DNA of 28,588 nucleotides from Candidatus Thorarchaeota archaeon (GTDB taxonomy: Archaea; Asgardarchaeota; Thorarchaeia; Thorarchaeales; Thorarchaeaceae). The first letter of the stretch is position 1. The number at the start of each line of letters is the position of its first letter. The stretch is from assembly GCA_016839605.1 (NCBI GenBank), contig JAEOTX010000211.1, positions 1-28,588 on the forward strand. Reading direction: 5' to 3'. The position numbers were made by a program, and so were the translations under genes. The notes beneath the pieces are model-generated. The model saw only the letters and a list, made by a program, of their open reading frames with translations, made no database searches and was not told where the DNA came from. This document shows, piece after piece, positions 1 to 8,319 of the stretch.

Positions 1-353
1 CTCTGGAAGGGGTGGATCTTCCTATAGGTGCCAATCGTCTTACCCCCTGGTGATGCTATCACGAGGGTGTTGAAGAAGAGTGATTCAGTCTTCTCAAGTC
101 CGGTGCCGACGACATAGCTGGAATACTCCTCAGCCAGGTCCTGCACGAACTCACTAGTTGGTCCTGGTATTCCTGGGCCAGCTTCAGAATAGTCCTCGAA
201 TCTGAATCCGATATCGAAAAGTTCGGGCAGCACAATGAACTCGAGATTCTCTGTACTCTCATGATTCTGGAGTAATCCTCTGGCCCATTCGTAGTTTGCC
301 TCTCTGTCACCTTCTACGCAGGGCATCTGGACAAGGGTCAGCTGAAGTTTCAA
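1..353 (-). CDS. Carbon-nitrogen hydrolase (nitrilase/amidase family), 3' end outside window
   Basis: Not in the ORF track. Manual minus-strand translation from TTG at 353 gives MKLQLTLVQMPCVEGDREANY...FIVLPELFDIG...FFNTLVIASPGGKTIGTYRKIHPFQ, with the catalytic Glu motif (VLPELF) and Lys motif (YRKIH). Confidence 0.9.
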   Translation of the reverse strand, partial: MKLQLTLVQMPCVEGDREANYEWARGLLQNHESTENLEFIVLPELFDIGFRFEDYSEAGPGIPGPTSEFVQDLAEEYSSYVVGTGLEKTESLFFNTLVIASPGGKTIGTYRKIHPFQ

Positions 354-505
354 CGTGCATCAACTCAATTCATACACTGATTATCTCTCACATCAAGGCT
401 GACACTTAAGCATGACCAAATAATCTCCTTACATTGGACTCATCATAATGCTAATATGGTCCGTGGCGCGTGGGCTCATAGTGGCTTCCAACGGATGTCT
501 GATTT

Positions 506-817
506 ATGGTCAATGAAGTCAACACCGAGCCGAAGAAGCGGGCAGATATGCCAAAGACCTCCTACTCTAAGCCCATGGTAGGAGCAACTGGAGAAACAGG
601 TAGCTGGCGGACATTCTCTCCGAGAATCGATTATGAGCGCTGTAACAAGTGCCGAACATGCTGGCTCCATTGCCCTGAGGCTGTAATTTCAATTGATGAT
701 GAAGGGTTTCCTCGAATTGACCTGGACTATTGCAAAGGTTGTGGGACCTGCGCACAAGTCTGTCCACCTGAGTGTATCGAGATGATAAGAGAGTCTCAAG
801 AGGAGGCAGACGATTGA
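506..817 (+). CDS. porD: 2-oxoacid:ferredoxin oxidoreductase delta subunit (2x[4Fe-4S])
   Basis: TGSWRTFSPRID signature and two CxxCxxCxxxCP motifs (CNKCRTCWLHCP, CKGCGTCAQVCP). Substrate (pyruvate vs branched-chain) is not resolvable. Confidence 0.92.
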   Translation: MVNEVNTEPKKRADMPKTSYSKPMVGATGETGSWRTFSPRIDYERCNKCRTCWLHCPEAVISIDDEGFPRIDLDYCKGCGTCAQVCPPECIEMIRESQEEADD

Positions 818-1992
818 AGACTGAATTAATGAGTGCGAACTATGCCGCTGCACGAGCAGTGGTTTCTACGCGGGTTGAGGTTGTCGCAGCATATCCTATC
901 ACGCCTGCAACGACAGTGCCTGAGCAAATTGCCTTGCTCAACGAGGAGGGCGTCTATACAGGCGAGTTCATCCGCGTAGAGTCAGAACATTCAGCCATGT
1001 TTGCTTGTATAGGAGCCAGCTCAACAGGAGCTCGAGCCTTTACTGCAACATCATCGAATGGGCTGCTACTGATGGATGAAGGCCTCCACTGGGCTGCAGC
1101 CGCACGTCTGCCAATCGTGTTAGCAAATATCAATAGATCAGTATCACCGAGCTGGAACATCCATGTCAGTCATGATGACAGCATGAGTAAGCGCGATACA
1201 GGCTGGATTCAGTTTTACGCATCCAGTGTAGATGAGCTCTATCACACCATAATTCAGGCGTTCAAGCTTGCAGAGGATGAACGTGTACTGATGCCAGTAA
1301 TGGTTAATGCAGACGGTTTTGTTCTCAGTCATACTCTTTCAACTTATGACTATCTAGAGCCTGAGGAAGTTGACAAGTTCCTCAAGCCTTACACACCTCC
1401 GCATTGGATAATGGACCCAGAGAATCCAGTATCGCATGGAAACATTGTGTTTCCCGAACACTATCAGGAATTCCGCTATGGAATGCATGAGGGCGCAAGA
1501 AACGCTCTCGAAGTCTATGAAGAGGTTGAGAAAGAGTACAAGAAACTCTTTGGCAAACATTTTGGCGGCCCAATTGATTGCTACAAGTGTGACGATGCTG
1601 ATGTGATATTCACATCACAAGGATCAGTGGCTGCAGAGGCAAAGGATGCAATTGATGAACTGCGAGAGGAAGGCTACAAAGTCGGCAATGCCCGCATGCG
1701 AATGATTCGGCCATTCCCTGATGACAAGATCCGTGAACTTGGAGCCAAGGTGAAGGGAATCGCTGCCTTTGACAGAGGTGCGTCCTACGGTTTCGGTGGA
1801 CATATCGCAGGCGATATCCGGTCTTCTCTGTATAACACTAAGCATAGACCTCTAGTTATTGATTACATTGGCGGCATGGGTGGCCGTGATGTCACAGTGA
1901 AAGACATCAAAGAGATGCTGACCAACACAGTGACATTTGTGGAGTCTGGAGAGCCAGCGCCTGAACAGATCTGGCACGACCTGTTGGAGTGA
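814..1992 (+). CDS. porA: 2-oxoacid:ferredoxin oxidoreductase alpha subunit
   Basis: YPITP, ESEHSA and TATSSNGL motifs. Start moved from 772 to the in-frame TTG at 814, which overlaps the delta stop and follows GGAGG; ATG 829 is an alternative. Confidence 0.93.
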   Translation: MKTELMSANYAAARAVVSTRVEVVAAYPITPATTVPEQIALLNEEGVYTGEFIRVESEHSAMFACIGASSTGARAFTATSSNGLLLMDEGLHWAAAARLPIVLANINRSVSPSWNIHVSHDDSMSKRDTGWIQFYASSVDELYHTIIQAFKLAEDERVLMPVMVNADGFVLSHTLSTYDYLEPEEVDKFLKPYTPPHWIMDPENPVSHGNIVFPEHYQEFRYGMHEGARNALEVYEEVEKEYKKLFGKHFGGPIDCYKCDDADVIFTSQGSVAAEAKDAIDELREEGYKVGNARMRMIRPFPDDKIRELGAKVKGIAAFDRGASYGFGGHIAGDIRSSLYNTKHRPLVIDYIGGMGGRDVTVKDIKEMLTNTVTFVESGEPAPEQIWHDLLE

Positions 1993-2903
1993 TGAAGATG
2001 GTAACAACAAAAGAAATGCCCCTGAAGGAATACGTACTCAAGGGCAACGCAGCTTGTGCAGGCTGTCAAGATATGGTTGCGCTTCGACATGCCCATAAAG
2101 CTCTGGAGGGCGATGTCATCCAAGTTGTGCCTGCATGCTGTACAAGCGTCGTTCAGTCACTTTGGCCAAAGTCTGGCCTTGCTATTCCTGTACTAAACAC
2201 AGCATTCATGGCTGCGGCTGCTACCGCATCTGGTGTCAAGGCTGCATTGCGTGCAAAGGGTAACGACCACACACAAGTCATGGTATGGGCCGGCGACGGA
2301 GGAACCTTCGATATAGGCCTTCAAGCATTGAGTGGGGCTTTTGAGCGAAGGACAGACCTTCTTTATGTCTGCTATAACAACCAGGTGTATTCCAATACTG
2401 GAACGCAGCGTTCAGGAGCTACACCTCTTCATGCTCAAACAACCACCACATGGTATGGGAAGGCCGAGCCAGAGAAGATGCTCGACCTGATAGTTGCAGC
2501 ACATGAACCAGCCTATCAAGCCACAGCGAATTCATCCTACCCCCGAGACCTCTATGATAAGGTGAAGAGGGCGAGCGAGATCGAAGGACCCAAGTTCATC
2601 CATATCTTCCTACCTTGTCCCCAAGCATGGAACTATCCAGTTGAGAGAGGGGTGGAAGTAGGGAAGCTCGCAGTTGAAACCGGTTATTGGATAATGTGGG
2701 AGCGCATTGGTGACGAGTTCAAACTTGGCCGCGAGAGTAAGAGGTTCCAAGATCCCGAAAAGCGAAAACCCATTGAGGAGTTTCTTCAACTGCAAGGTCG
2801 CTTCTCCAAACTCTTCAAACCCAAAAAGGACGAGAAGAAGATAAAGGAACTCCAGGACTTTGTCCAGCATAGATGGGATCTTGTAATGCGGACATTCACC
2901 TAG
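1989..2903 (+). CDS. porB: 2-oxoacid:ferredoxin oxidoreductase beta subunit (TPP-binding)
   Basis: ACAGC and ACC cluster ligands, TPP motif GDGG...YNNQVYSNTG, and PCP. Overlaps the alpha stop. Confidence 0.93.
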   Translation: MMKMVTTKEMPLKEYVLKGNAACAGCQDMVALRHAHKALEGDVIQVVPACCTSVVQSLWPKSGLAIPVLNTAFMAAAATASGVKAALRAKGNDHTQVMVWAGDGGTFDIGLQALSGAFERRTDLLYVCYNNQVYSNTGTQRSGATPLHAQTTTTWYGKAEPEKMLDLIVAAHEPAYQATANSSYPRDLYDKVKRASEIEGPKFIHIFLPCPQAWNYPVERGVEVGKLAVETGYWIMWERIGDEFKLGRESKRFQDPEKRKPIEEFLQLQGRFSKLFKPKKDEKKIKELQDFVQHRWDLVMRTFT

Positions 2904-2905
2904 AT

Positions 2906-4849
2906 CTAACCGCCTAGATGGACCCAATATTTCTGGTAGTAAACGTACCCCCCAGCAATGATTGTTGCCGCGACAGCAGCAACACCAAGCGCAAGCACTA
3001 TTGGGAAGTCATAATTGGCTGGATCTGTTCCTCGGAGATATTCATCCAGATTACTGATGCCATCATTATCTAGATCGCGTGATGAATCATCGACCAATGG
3101 ATTAAGGCCATTCTCGACCTCATAGTTATCGGGCATGGTATCCTGATCTGTGTCCGAGCTGATTGGTGAAGTCCCATGAGCATACTCATTGATGTTTGTT
3201 AAACTGTCTCCATCAGGATCGTGATGAGAATCTACAACGAGGGGATCGAGACCGTAGTCCACCTCCCATTTGTCATCCATGCCATCTGCATCGGTGTCCA
3301 CATTGTCTGGCTCCGTGTGCAGGTCGAACTCTTCAATATTCAGTAGTCCATCTTCATCAAAGTCGCCTGCTGAGTCATTGACCAGAGGGTTAAGACCATG
3401 ATAATATTCCCATCCATCTGTCATTAGATCTGAGTCGGAATCGGGATTCATATGGTCCGTGCCCAATACCAGCTCAAGCCCATTACTAAGCATATCATCG
3501 TCGCTGTCTTCCGCGAAGGCGATCGCGAAGAACCATTGGTCATCCTTGTCTGGGAAGCCATCTCCGTTATAGTCAACGTCGTACTCCACGTCAATCGCAT
3601 AGTCCATAGACGAACCACCCTCATATTCTATGACTAGCCTGTAGAGGCCTTTTTGACTCACAAATGTGTCAAAAATCGTCTGCTGTAAGGGGGTAGCTGC
3701 TTCATCTAGTGAATCAACCAATGTACCGTCAGGGGCATAGAGATAGAAAGCGGTTCGTTGGTCCCATATAGCCTCCACCTTGAAGTTGGTTGCCAAACTC
3801 ATTGCGAAGAGGTATTCAGTTTCATAGCTGGCCGTGTCGCTTCCTGAATATTGAATGGATAGCTTTTCGCCGTACTCCAAGGACATGATGAAGGCCATAG
3901 TGGCTCCCAAGCTGGCTACAAGTTCTGTGGCAACATCATAGTCATAAGCTGGATTGTCCCAGGTGTCTCTGGGTGAGTGATAGTCTCCATCAACTCCTGA
4001 TTGATGGGCAAATAGGGAACTTAAGTATCCCTCCTGGATGAAGGCGTAATGATCAGACCTCGTCCAAGCTCCAAATGCATCTGACGGCACTGGCTTAATC
4101 ATATCATTTCCGACATTATTGCTCATCATCTGGGCGGTTTCAGCCCAGACCTTTCCAATATGATATTCTCCCAAATCACCAAGAGGGTACACGAGTAGCA
4201 GCTTCTCGTCTGGAGGGGCGGTTTGACTGGGTACAAGTATCATGTCTATGTTGTAGTGGACTAGTATCTCAATCTCTCGGCTCACAAACTCGGCAGCTAC
4301 CTGATAACTACCATGAAGGCCAATCTCCTCGGCATTCCAGAACCCGAAATAAATGTCCAATGGCCACTCAAACTGGGACATGACTCTTGCGAGCTCCATT
4401 GCAGTTGCCACACCAGAACCATCATCATTGGCGCCTGGTGCGCCAGCTACAGAATCAAAATGTCCCCCCACTAGCATCGCAGGACCCTCTCCCTGATATC
4501 CGGGGAGACGTCCGACAACTGATTGATAGCTCCCTATGACCTCGGTCTCGATACGTCCGTCAGAAACATCTTCTAGTTCGCTGATTATCCAATCTATAGC
4601 ATAGAGATTGGCATCGCTTCCTACTACCCTTGAGCCGTTCTCAGTGATTTTCTGCACATATCCGAGATAGGAATCCCGAGAAACCATGGAATGAATCAAA
4701 CTTGAATAATCGTCTCCATACACCCTAGTGTCTGATGTGATCACTTTACCTTCTGGAGTACAGGCCTGATTCATTGCTGGAGCCTGAATAATGGTTGGAA
4801 CTCCTAGAATGAGAATGAACACGAGTGATAGAGTCCACAGTCGATTCAT
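2906..4849 (-). CDS. Membrane-anchored M28 family aminopeptidase with TSP3-like Ca-binding repeats
   Basis: N-terminal signal peptide; M28 motifs GHFDS, GANDDGSG, NAEEIGLHGS, NIDMI, SDHYAF, YHSPRD; about 8 DxDxDG-like repeats; C-terminal TM helix. Confidence 0.9.
   Translation of the reverse strand: MNRLWTLSLVFILILGVPTIIQAPAMNQACTPEGKVITSDTRVYGDDYSSLIHSMVSRDSYLGYVQKITENGSRVVGSDANLYAIDWIISELEDVSDGRIETEVIGSYQSVVGRLPGYQGEGPAMLVGGHFDSVAGAPGANDDGSGVATAMELARVMSQFEWPLDIYFGFWNAEEIGLHGSYQVAAEFVSREIEILVHYNIDMILVPSQTAPPDEKLLLVYPLGDLGEYHIGKVWAETAQMMSNNVGNDMIKPVPSDAFGAWTRSDHYAFIQEGYLSSLFAHQSGVDGDYHSPRDTWDNPAYDYDVATELVASLGATMAFIMSLEYGEKLSIQYSGSDTASYETEYLFAMSLATNFKVEAIWDQRTAFYLYAPDGTLVDSLDEAATPLQQTIFDTFVSQKGLYRLVIEYEGGSSMDYAIDVEYDVDYNGDGFPDKDDQWFFAIAFAEDSDDDMLSNGLELVLGTDHMNPDSDSDLMTDGWEYYHGLNPLVNDSAGDFDEDGLLNIEEFDLHTEPDNVDTDADGMDDKWEVDYGLDPLVVDSHHDPDGDSLTNINEYAHGTSPISSDTDQDTMPDNYEVENGLNPLVDDSSRDLDNDGISNLDEYLRGTDPANYDFPIVLALGVAAVAATIIAGGYVYYQKYWVHLGG
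3020..3580 (-). repeat. Tandem DxDxD(G)xxxxxE protein repeats (TSP3-like, Ca-binding)
   Basis: DYNGDGFPD, DSDDDMLSNGLE, DSDSDLMTDGWE, DFDEDGLLNIEE, DTDADGMDDKWE, DPDGDSLTNINE, DTDQDTMPDNYE, DLDNDGISNLDE. Coordinates approximate. Confidence 0.85.
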
Positions 4850-5003
4850 AGCTGTCCATCGAAACGCAACTGCACATGAACATTTTCATTCGTGTAATTA
4901 TCTTCAGGCTGAAAAGAGTCATTTGCGCATTCAAGCCGTATCCCCAAATCATATTAGAGGTATATTGTCCCTATGACGATAATGATCCAGAAGAGAAAGA
5001 ACA

Positions 5004-5120
5004 ATGATTACATGGCCGGAAATAATCAGTGTGTTGTTCATAGGCTGCATGATTGGAATAATCTTTGGTGCTATGTTAGGCCTTGCTTCCGTAATATGGG
5101 ATAAGATTAGAGGCAGTTGA
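5004..5120 (+). CDS. 38-aa single-pass membrane microprotein
   Basis: MITWPEIISVLFIGCMIGIIFGAMLGLASVIWDKIRGS: one hydrophobic helix and a basic C-terminus. Its ATG overlaps an upstream frame's TGA (ATGA). Confidence 0.55.
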   Translation: MITWPEIISVLFIGCMIGIIFGAMLGLASVIWDKIRGS

Positions 5121-5139
5121 ATGAATGGGAGAGAGAACA

Positions 5140-5259
5140 ATGAAGTGTCCAAGGTGTGGTAAAGTCAACATCAGCAGAGACATGCACCCCGGTTCCTTCG
5201 GAGTACGTGCCCGTTTCGTCTATGTCTGTAAGGACTGCAAACACAAATGGGAAGCATAG
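5140..5259 (+). CDS. 39-aa zinc-ribbon microprotein
   Basis: MKCPRCGKVNISRDMHPGSFGVRARFVYVCKDCKHKWEA: CPxCG...YxCxxCxHxW ribbon. Alternative in-frame ATG at 5125. Confidence 0.7.
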   Translation: MKCPRCGKVNISRDMHPGSFGVRARFVYVCKDCKHKWEA

Positions 5260-5327
5260 AAGAACGGGTCAGACAATGGTTAAACGAACTCAGCAGACGA
5301 TTCAGGCAAGCTGGTCTGAGTAAGTGA
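5247..5327 (+). CDS. 26-aa amphipathic-helix microprotein (putative)
   Basis: MGSIEERVRQWLNELSRRFRQAGLSK; overlaps the end of the Zn-ribbon ORF. Confidence 0.35.
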   Translation: MGSIEERVRQWLNELSRRFRQAGLSK

Positions 5328-5343
5328 CTGGATTGGATGAAAT

Positions 5344-5772
5344 ATGGAACTGGATGATACAGAGATTTCACAAGTAACACAACTAAAGTCCATTCTAAGC
5401 AATACTAAGAATCCGTTTACGCAGTCCTTTCTCGGATGGATCACAATCTTCTTTGAAGGACGGATATTGTGTGAAATGGATAGAGAGTCTTTGTTTGATG
5501 AAGTTGCGTGGACTCATGAATTCACTGAAGTGGCTCTTACGGTTCTAATGCCTTCCCAGTGCGATGGCTCTTATACACTATGTAGATGTGACAGACATTG
5601 TGGCGTGGCGTTCACTTGGTTAGGACTTGACCTTGGATTTCCTATTTGCCATTTTGTGTCCAGTGTGATCACATCTTGCCTTCTGCCAAATAAGACTGGA
5701 TATGAAAGGGCTGATGGTGATAGAGTTTGGAAACTTGCAATGGAATGGTTGCTACCGCTGAAGTTCAAGTAA
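5344..5772 (+). CDS. Hypothetical protein (doubtful)
   Basis: 142-aa open frame filling the gap before ArsR; no recognisable motif. Confidence 0.2.
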   Translation: MELDDTEISQVTQLKSILSNTKNPFTQSFLGWITIFFEGRILCEMDRESLFDEVAWTHEFTEVALTVLMPSQCDGSYTLCRCDRHCGVAFTWLGLDLGFPICHFVSSVITSCLLPNKTGYERADGDRVWKLAMEWLLPLKFK

Positions 5773-5794
5773 TCAGTTTCTATTGGTTTTTCCC

Positions 5795-6088
5795 CTACAG
5801 AGTAACTATTATTTGATTCACTCTTGTGGCGCAAATCTTCCTGAGACCATGAACACCCTTGTCATACTGACATGTCAATAGACCTGCATCAAGAAGGATC
5901 TTGGTTTGAGCACTTGCATTGGCCTCTGTTCCTCCAAGAGCCTGCGCAAGCTCCGCATTACTCATTTCCTTTTCCGCTAGTACTCTCAATATTCTAAGTC
6001 GTGTTGGTGATGCTAGTGCTCGTCCAACCTTTGCGATTGCAGCATCATCTCTGATTTCAATCTTCTCCATCAGTCTTGCATCCTGCAT
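5795..6088 (-). CDS. ArsR/SmtB-like winged-helix transcription regulator
   Basis: ALASPTRLRILRVL...MSNAELAQALG.TEANASAQTKILLDAGLL pattern. Confidence 0.88.
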   Translation of the reverse strand: MQDARLMEKIEIRDDAAIAKVGRALASPTRLRILRVLAEKEMSNAELAQALGGTEANASAQTKILLDAGLLTCQYDKGVHGLRKICATRVNQIIVTL

Positions 6089-6131
6089 CTATCTGCCATG
6101 ACTGGTCTTGTCTGCTCCCAATTAGTGAACA

Positions 6132-6148
6132 TATCCAGCTACTGGATA
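6132..6148. promoter_or_regulatory. Inverted repeat TATCCAG-N3-CTGGATA, candidate regulator operator
   Basis: Perfect 7-bp arms about 45 bp upstream of the ArsR start, in the divergent intergenic region. Confidence 0.35.
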
Positions 6149-6530
6149 ATCCCGCGAAGAGTAATCGTGAGATTCTGGAAGCATTGCGTGACTCCAGTCA
6201 GGACTGAATGACATGTGAGAGAGTTCCATAATATATATCCTCACTATACCCCCAAAGAAGGATTTCATACTAATCCTATTGCCTATCTATCTGTTTGAAG
6301 AGCGAACAGAATTACGTTTTTTCTTTTCGTGTTTTCAGAAACTGCCTTTGGGGAACTTTAAAGGCGCATTTGAGAACGATGCAACGATATTATAATATAA
6401 TCATTTTATCGCAAGTTCATTTGATGGACGAAACTAATAAGCAAGTGTCTGAATATATAGGCGAACTCATAATGAGTTCGATTGCAACAACGATAGCTTG
6501 AAGAATAGGGAAATCCAGGAGGTAGGAAAT

Positions 6531-8255
6531 TTGTACAAGAGGAAAATACAGGCTTTGCTTCTGGTAGTATTGTCACTCTCGATTGTTAGCTCTTCGGCCA
6601 TGGCACAAGTTGTAGATTCTATGATGCAGTTTGAATCTAGTGCCCAGCTCTATCAACAACGAGAGCAGTCCGATGATAATACCGACTGGCAAACACCCAT
6701 TTTAGAAGATGAGATACCATATGGAGATTCAGCAACAATGGAGTTCCTATCACAAGAGTGGCGAGGGCCCTTGTCGCAGGATGAAATTCGCGATGTCGAA
6801 CTGTCTTCTGCAGCGGCTCTCTCGAATGCAGATTCGATTCTCACAGAAGAAAGAGCCTTTCCGGATTCCAGTGTGGATAGAAACGGAACATTTGATGATG
6901 AAGATCCGTTGGACTTCGGAATTGAGTCTGAATCTGAAAGAGGCTGGCCTTGGCAACCTTGGCCTAGTCAGAGAAAGGACTTTGCTGCCACGGTCTTGAG
7001 CCCGCCTAGGGAGGGGCATTGGTTTCCCCGCAAGAGCTATTCAGTTTTGGCGTTTGATATCACCTTTGAATATGAAGTGAGCTCATCAGATGATGTCTAT
7101 ATCTGGACTTGGATAGTAAATGATCAGGATCTCTATAGCCGATATCTAACATTTTGGTGGGACAATCAGATGGTCCACCAACGCATCATCACTCCTTGGG
7201 ACTTGAAGACAAGCATAAAGATAGAATACGATGACTTCAAAGACTATTTGGGAGTAGGCCACCATCGGCTAGAGATCGCCATTAATTACGGTGCATGGAA
7301 GGACCATGGTTGGAAGATGATATATGTCTGGCCCGGAATTGGCCCCACTCCATGGGCAGATGATCAACACCCTCCACTCAGATCGCATGCAGGTGCGCCA
7401 CCATGGCCAGGAGAAGGACGAGATGCGCCTACTGACTTCTTTGAATTTACGCCCAATACAGGCTCTTCCAACGTTATTGTCGAGTACCAAGTCTACGCAG
7501 GAACTTCAACATATCTGAACCTAGTTACCGATAACTGGGATGATACTTCAACTCGGCCTCTTCGGGTCTACTGGGATGGGTCCTTCAAGGCATATCTGTA
7601 TTCACCTGGTTCCTTCCAAATCTGGATAGGGAATGAGAATGATGATAGTATTCATACCTTGAAACTGAAATTCAGTAACATGCCCATAATGCACTATGCA
7701 AAAAGAATAACCACAATGGCTGTTCATCATCGAGGCTGGAATGTTGAACTTGATTGTATGTATGGTCTTGACTACGGCAGTCTTGTGAATGGTATCACAT
7801 ATACACAGGCCTACTACAAGGTTCACAGCTATCACCGAATGGATCTCTCCCTTGATGAAACAGACATCGTATATGACGATTACACGACCGATAGTGAGTA
7901 CAGATCGCTTCACAACAGTCATTTTGATCACTCTGGGCAGGCTGGATGGACCTGGGCTTTGCTTGCGAATAAGCTTGAGGGAGAACCGATAGCATTCTAC
8001 ATGCCTGGATATGGTCTAGCTTTCGCGCAGGAAACAATCGATGACGGAAGAGAAACAGAAGGCGGAACCAGGACTCAGTGGATGACAATGTCTTTCATGC
8101 ATGAATTTGGTCATTCGATTGGTATCAAGGAGGGACCCGGTGAAGTCTATTGCTGGAATACCGATTGTGTAATGGCATCGGCATCAGCAGAGAACACACA
8201 TTATCATGACGCATGGTATTGCTTCTATCATTTCTGGCTAAGAAACAAACACTAG
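6531..8255 (+). CDS. Secreted protein with C-terminal zincin (archaemetzincin-like) metallopeptidase motif
   Basis: GGAGGT directly before the in-frame TTG at 6531; signal peptide; acidic pro-like region; beta-rich middle; HEFGHSIG...CWNTDCVM...CFYH near the C-terminus. Confidence 0.72.
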   Translation: MYKRKIQALLLVVLSLSIVSSSAMAQVVDSMMQFESSAQLYQQREQSDDNTDWQTPILEDEIPYGDSATMEFLSQEWRGPLSQDEIRDVELSSAAALSNADSILTEERAFPDSSVDRNGTFDDEDPLDFGIESESERGWPWQPWPSQRKDFAATVLSPPREGHWFPRKSYSVLAFDITFEYEVSSSDDVYIWTWIVNDQDLYSRYLTFWWDNQMVHQRIITPWDLKTSIKIEYDDFKDYLGVGHHRLEIAINYGAWKDHGWKMIYVWPGIGPTPWADDQHPPLRSHAGAPPWPGEGRDAPTDFFEFTPNTGSSNVIVEYQVYAGTSTYLNLVTDNWDDTSTRPLRVYWDGSFKAYLYSPGSFQIWIGNENDDSIHTLKLKFSNMPIMHYAKRITTMAVHHRGWNVELDCMYGLDYGSLVNGITYTQAYYKVHSYHRMDLSLDETDIVYDDYTTDSEYRSLHNSHFDHSGQAGWTWALLANKLEGEPIAFYMPGYGLAFAQETIDDGRETEGGTRTQWMTMSFMHEFGHSIGIKEGPGEVYCWNTDCVMASASAENTHYHDAWYCFYHFWLRNKH

Positions 8256-8268
8256 GGTGGCATTCCAC

Positions 8269-8319
8269 TAGGGCGAGGAGCTCCCCCTCCTAGGGTCGTG
8301 CTCCTTCCCTACTCTTTTT
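8269..8319. terminator. GC-rich hairpin with T-tract between convergent genes
   Basis: TAGGG-CG-AGGAGC ... GCTCCT-T-CCCTA stem enclosing an inner CCCT/AGGG stem, followed by CTCTTTTT. Confidence 0.5.

Noticed and set aside
59-310. 83-aa ORF in the supplied track
   Set aside because: Wrong frame; another minus frame (1-353) encodes a clear nitrilase-family protein.
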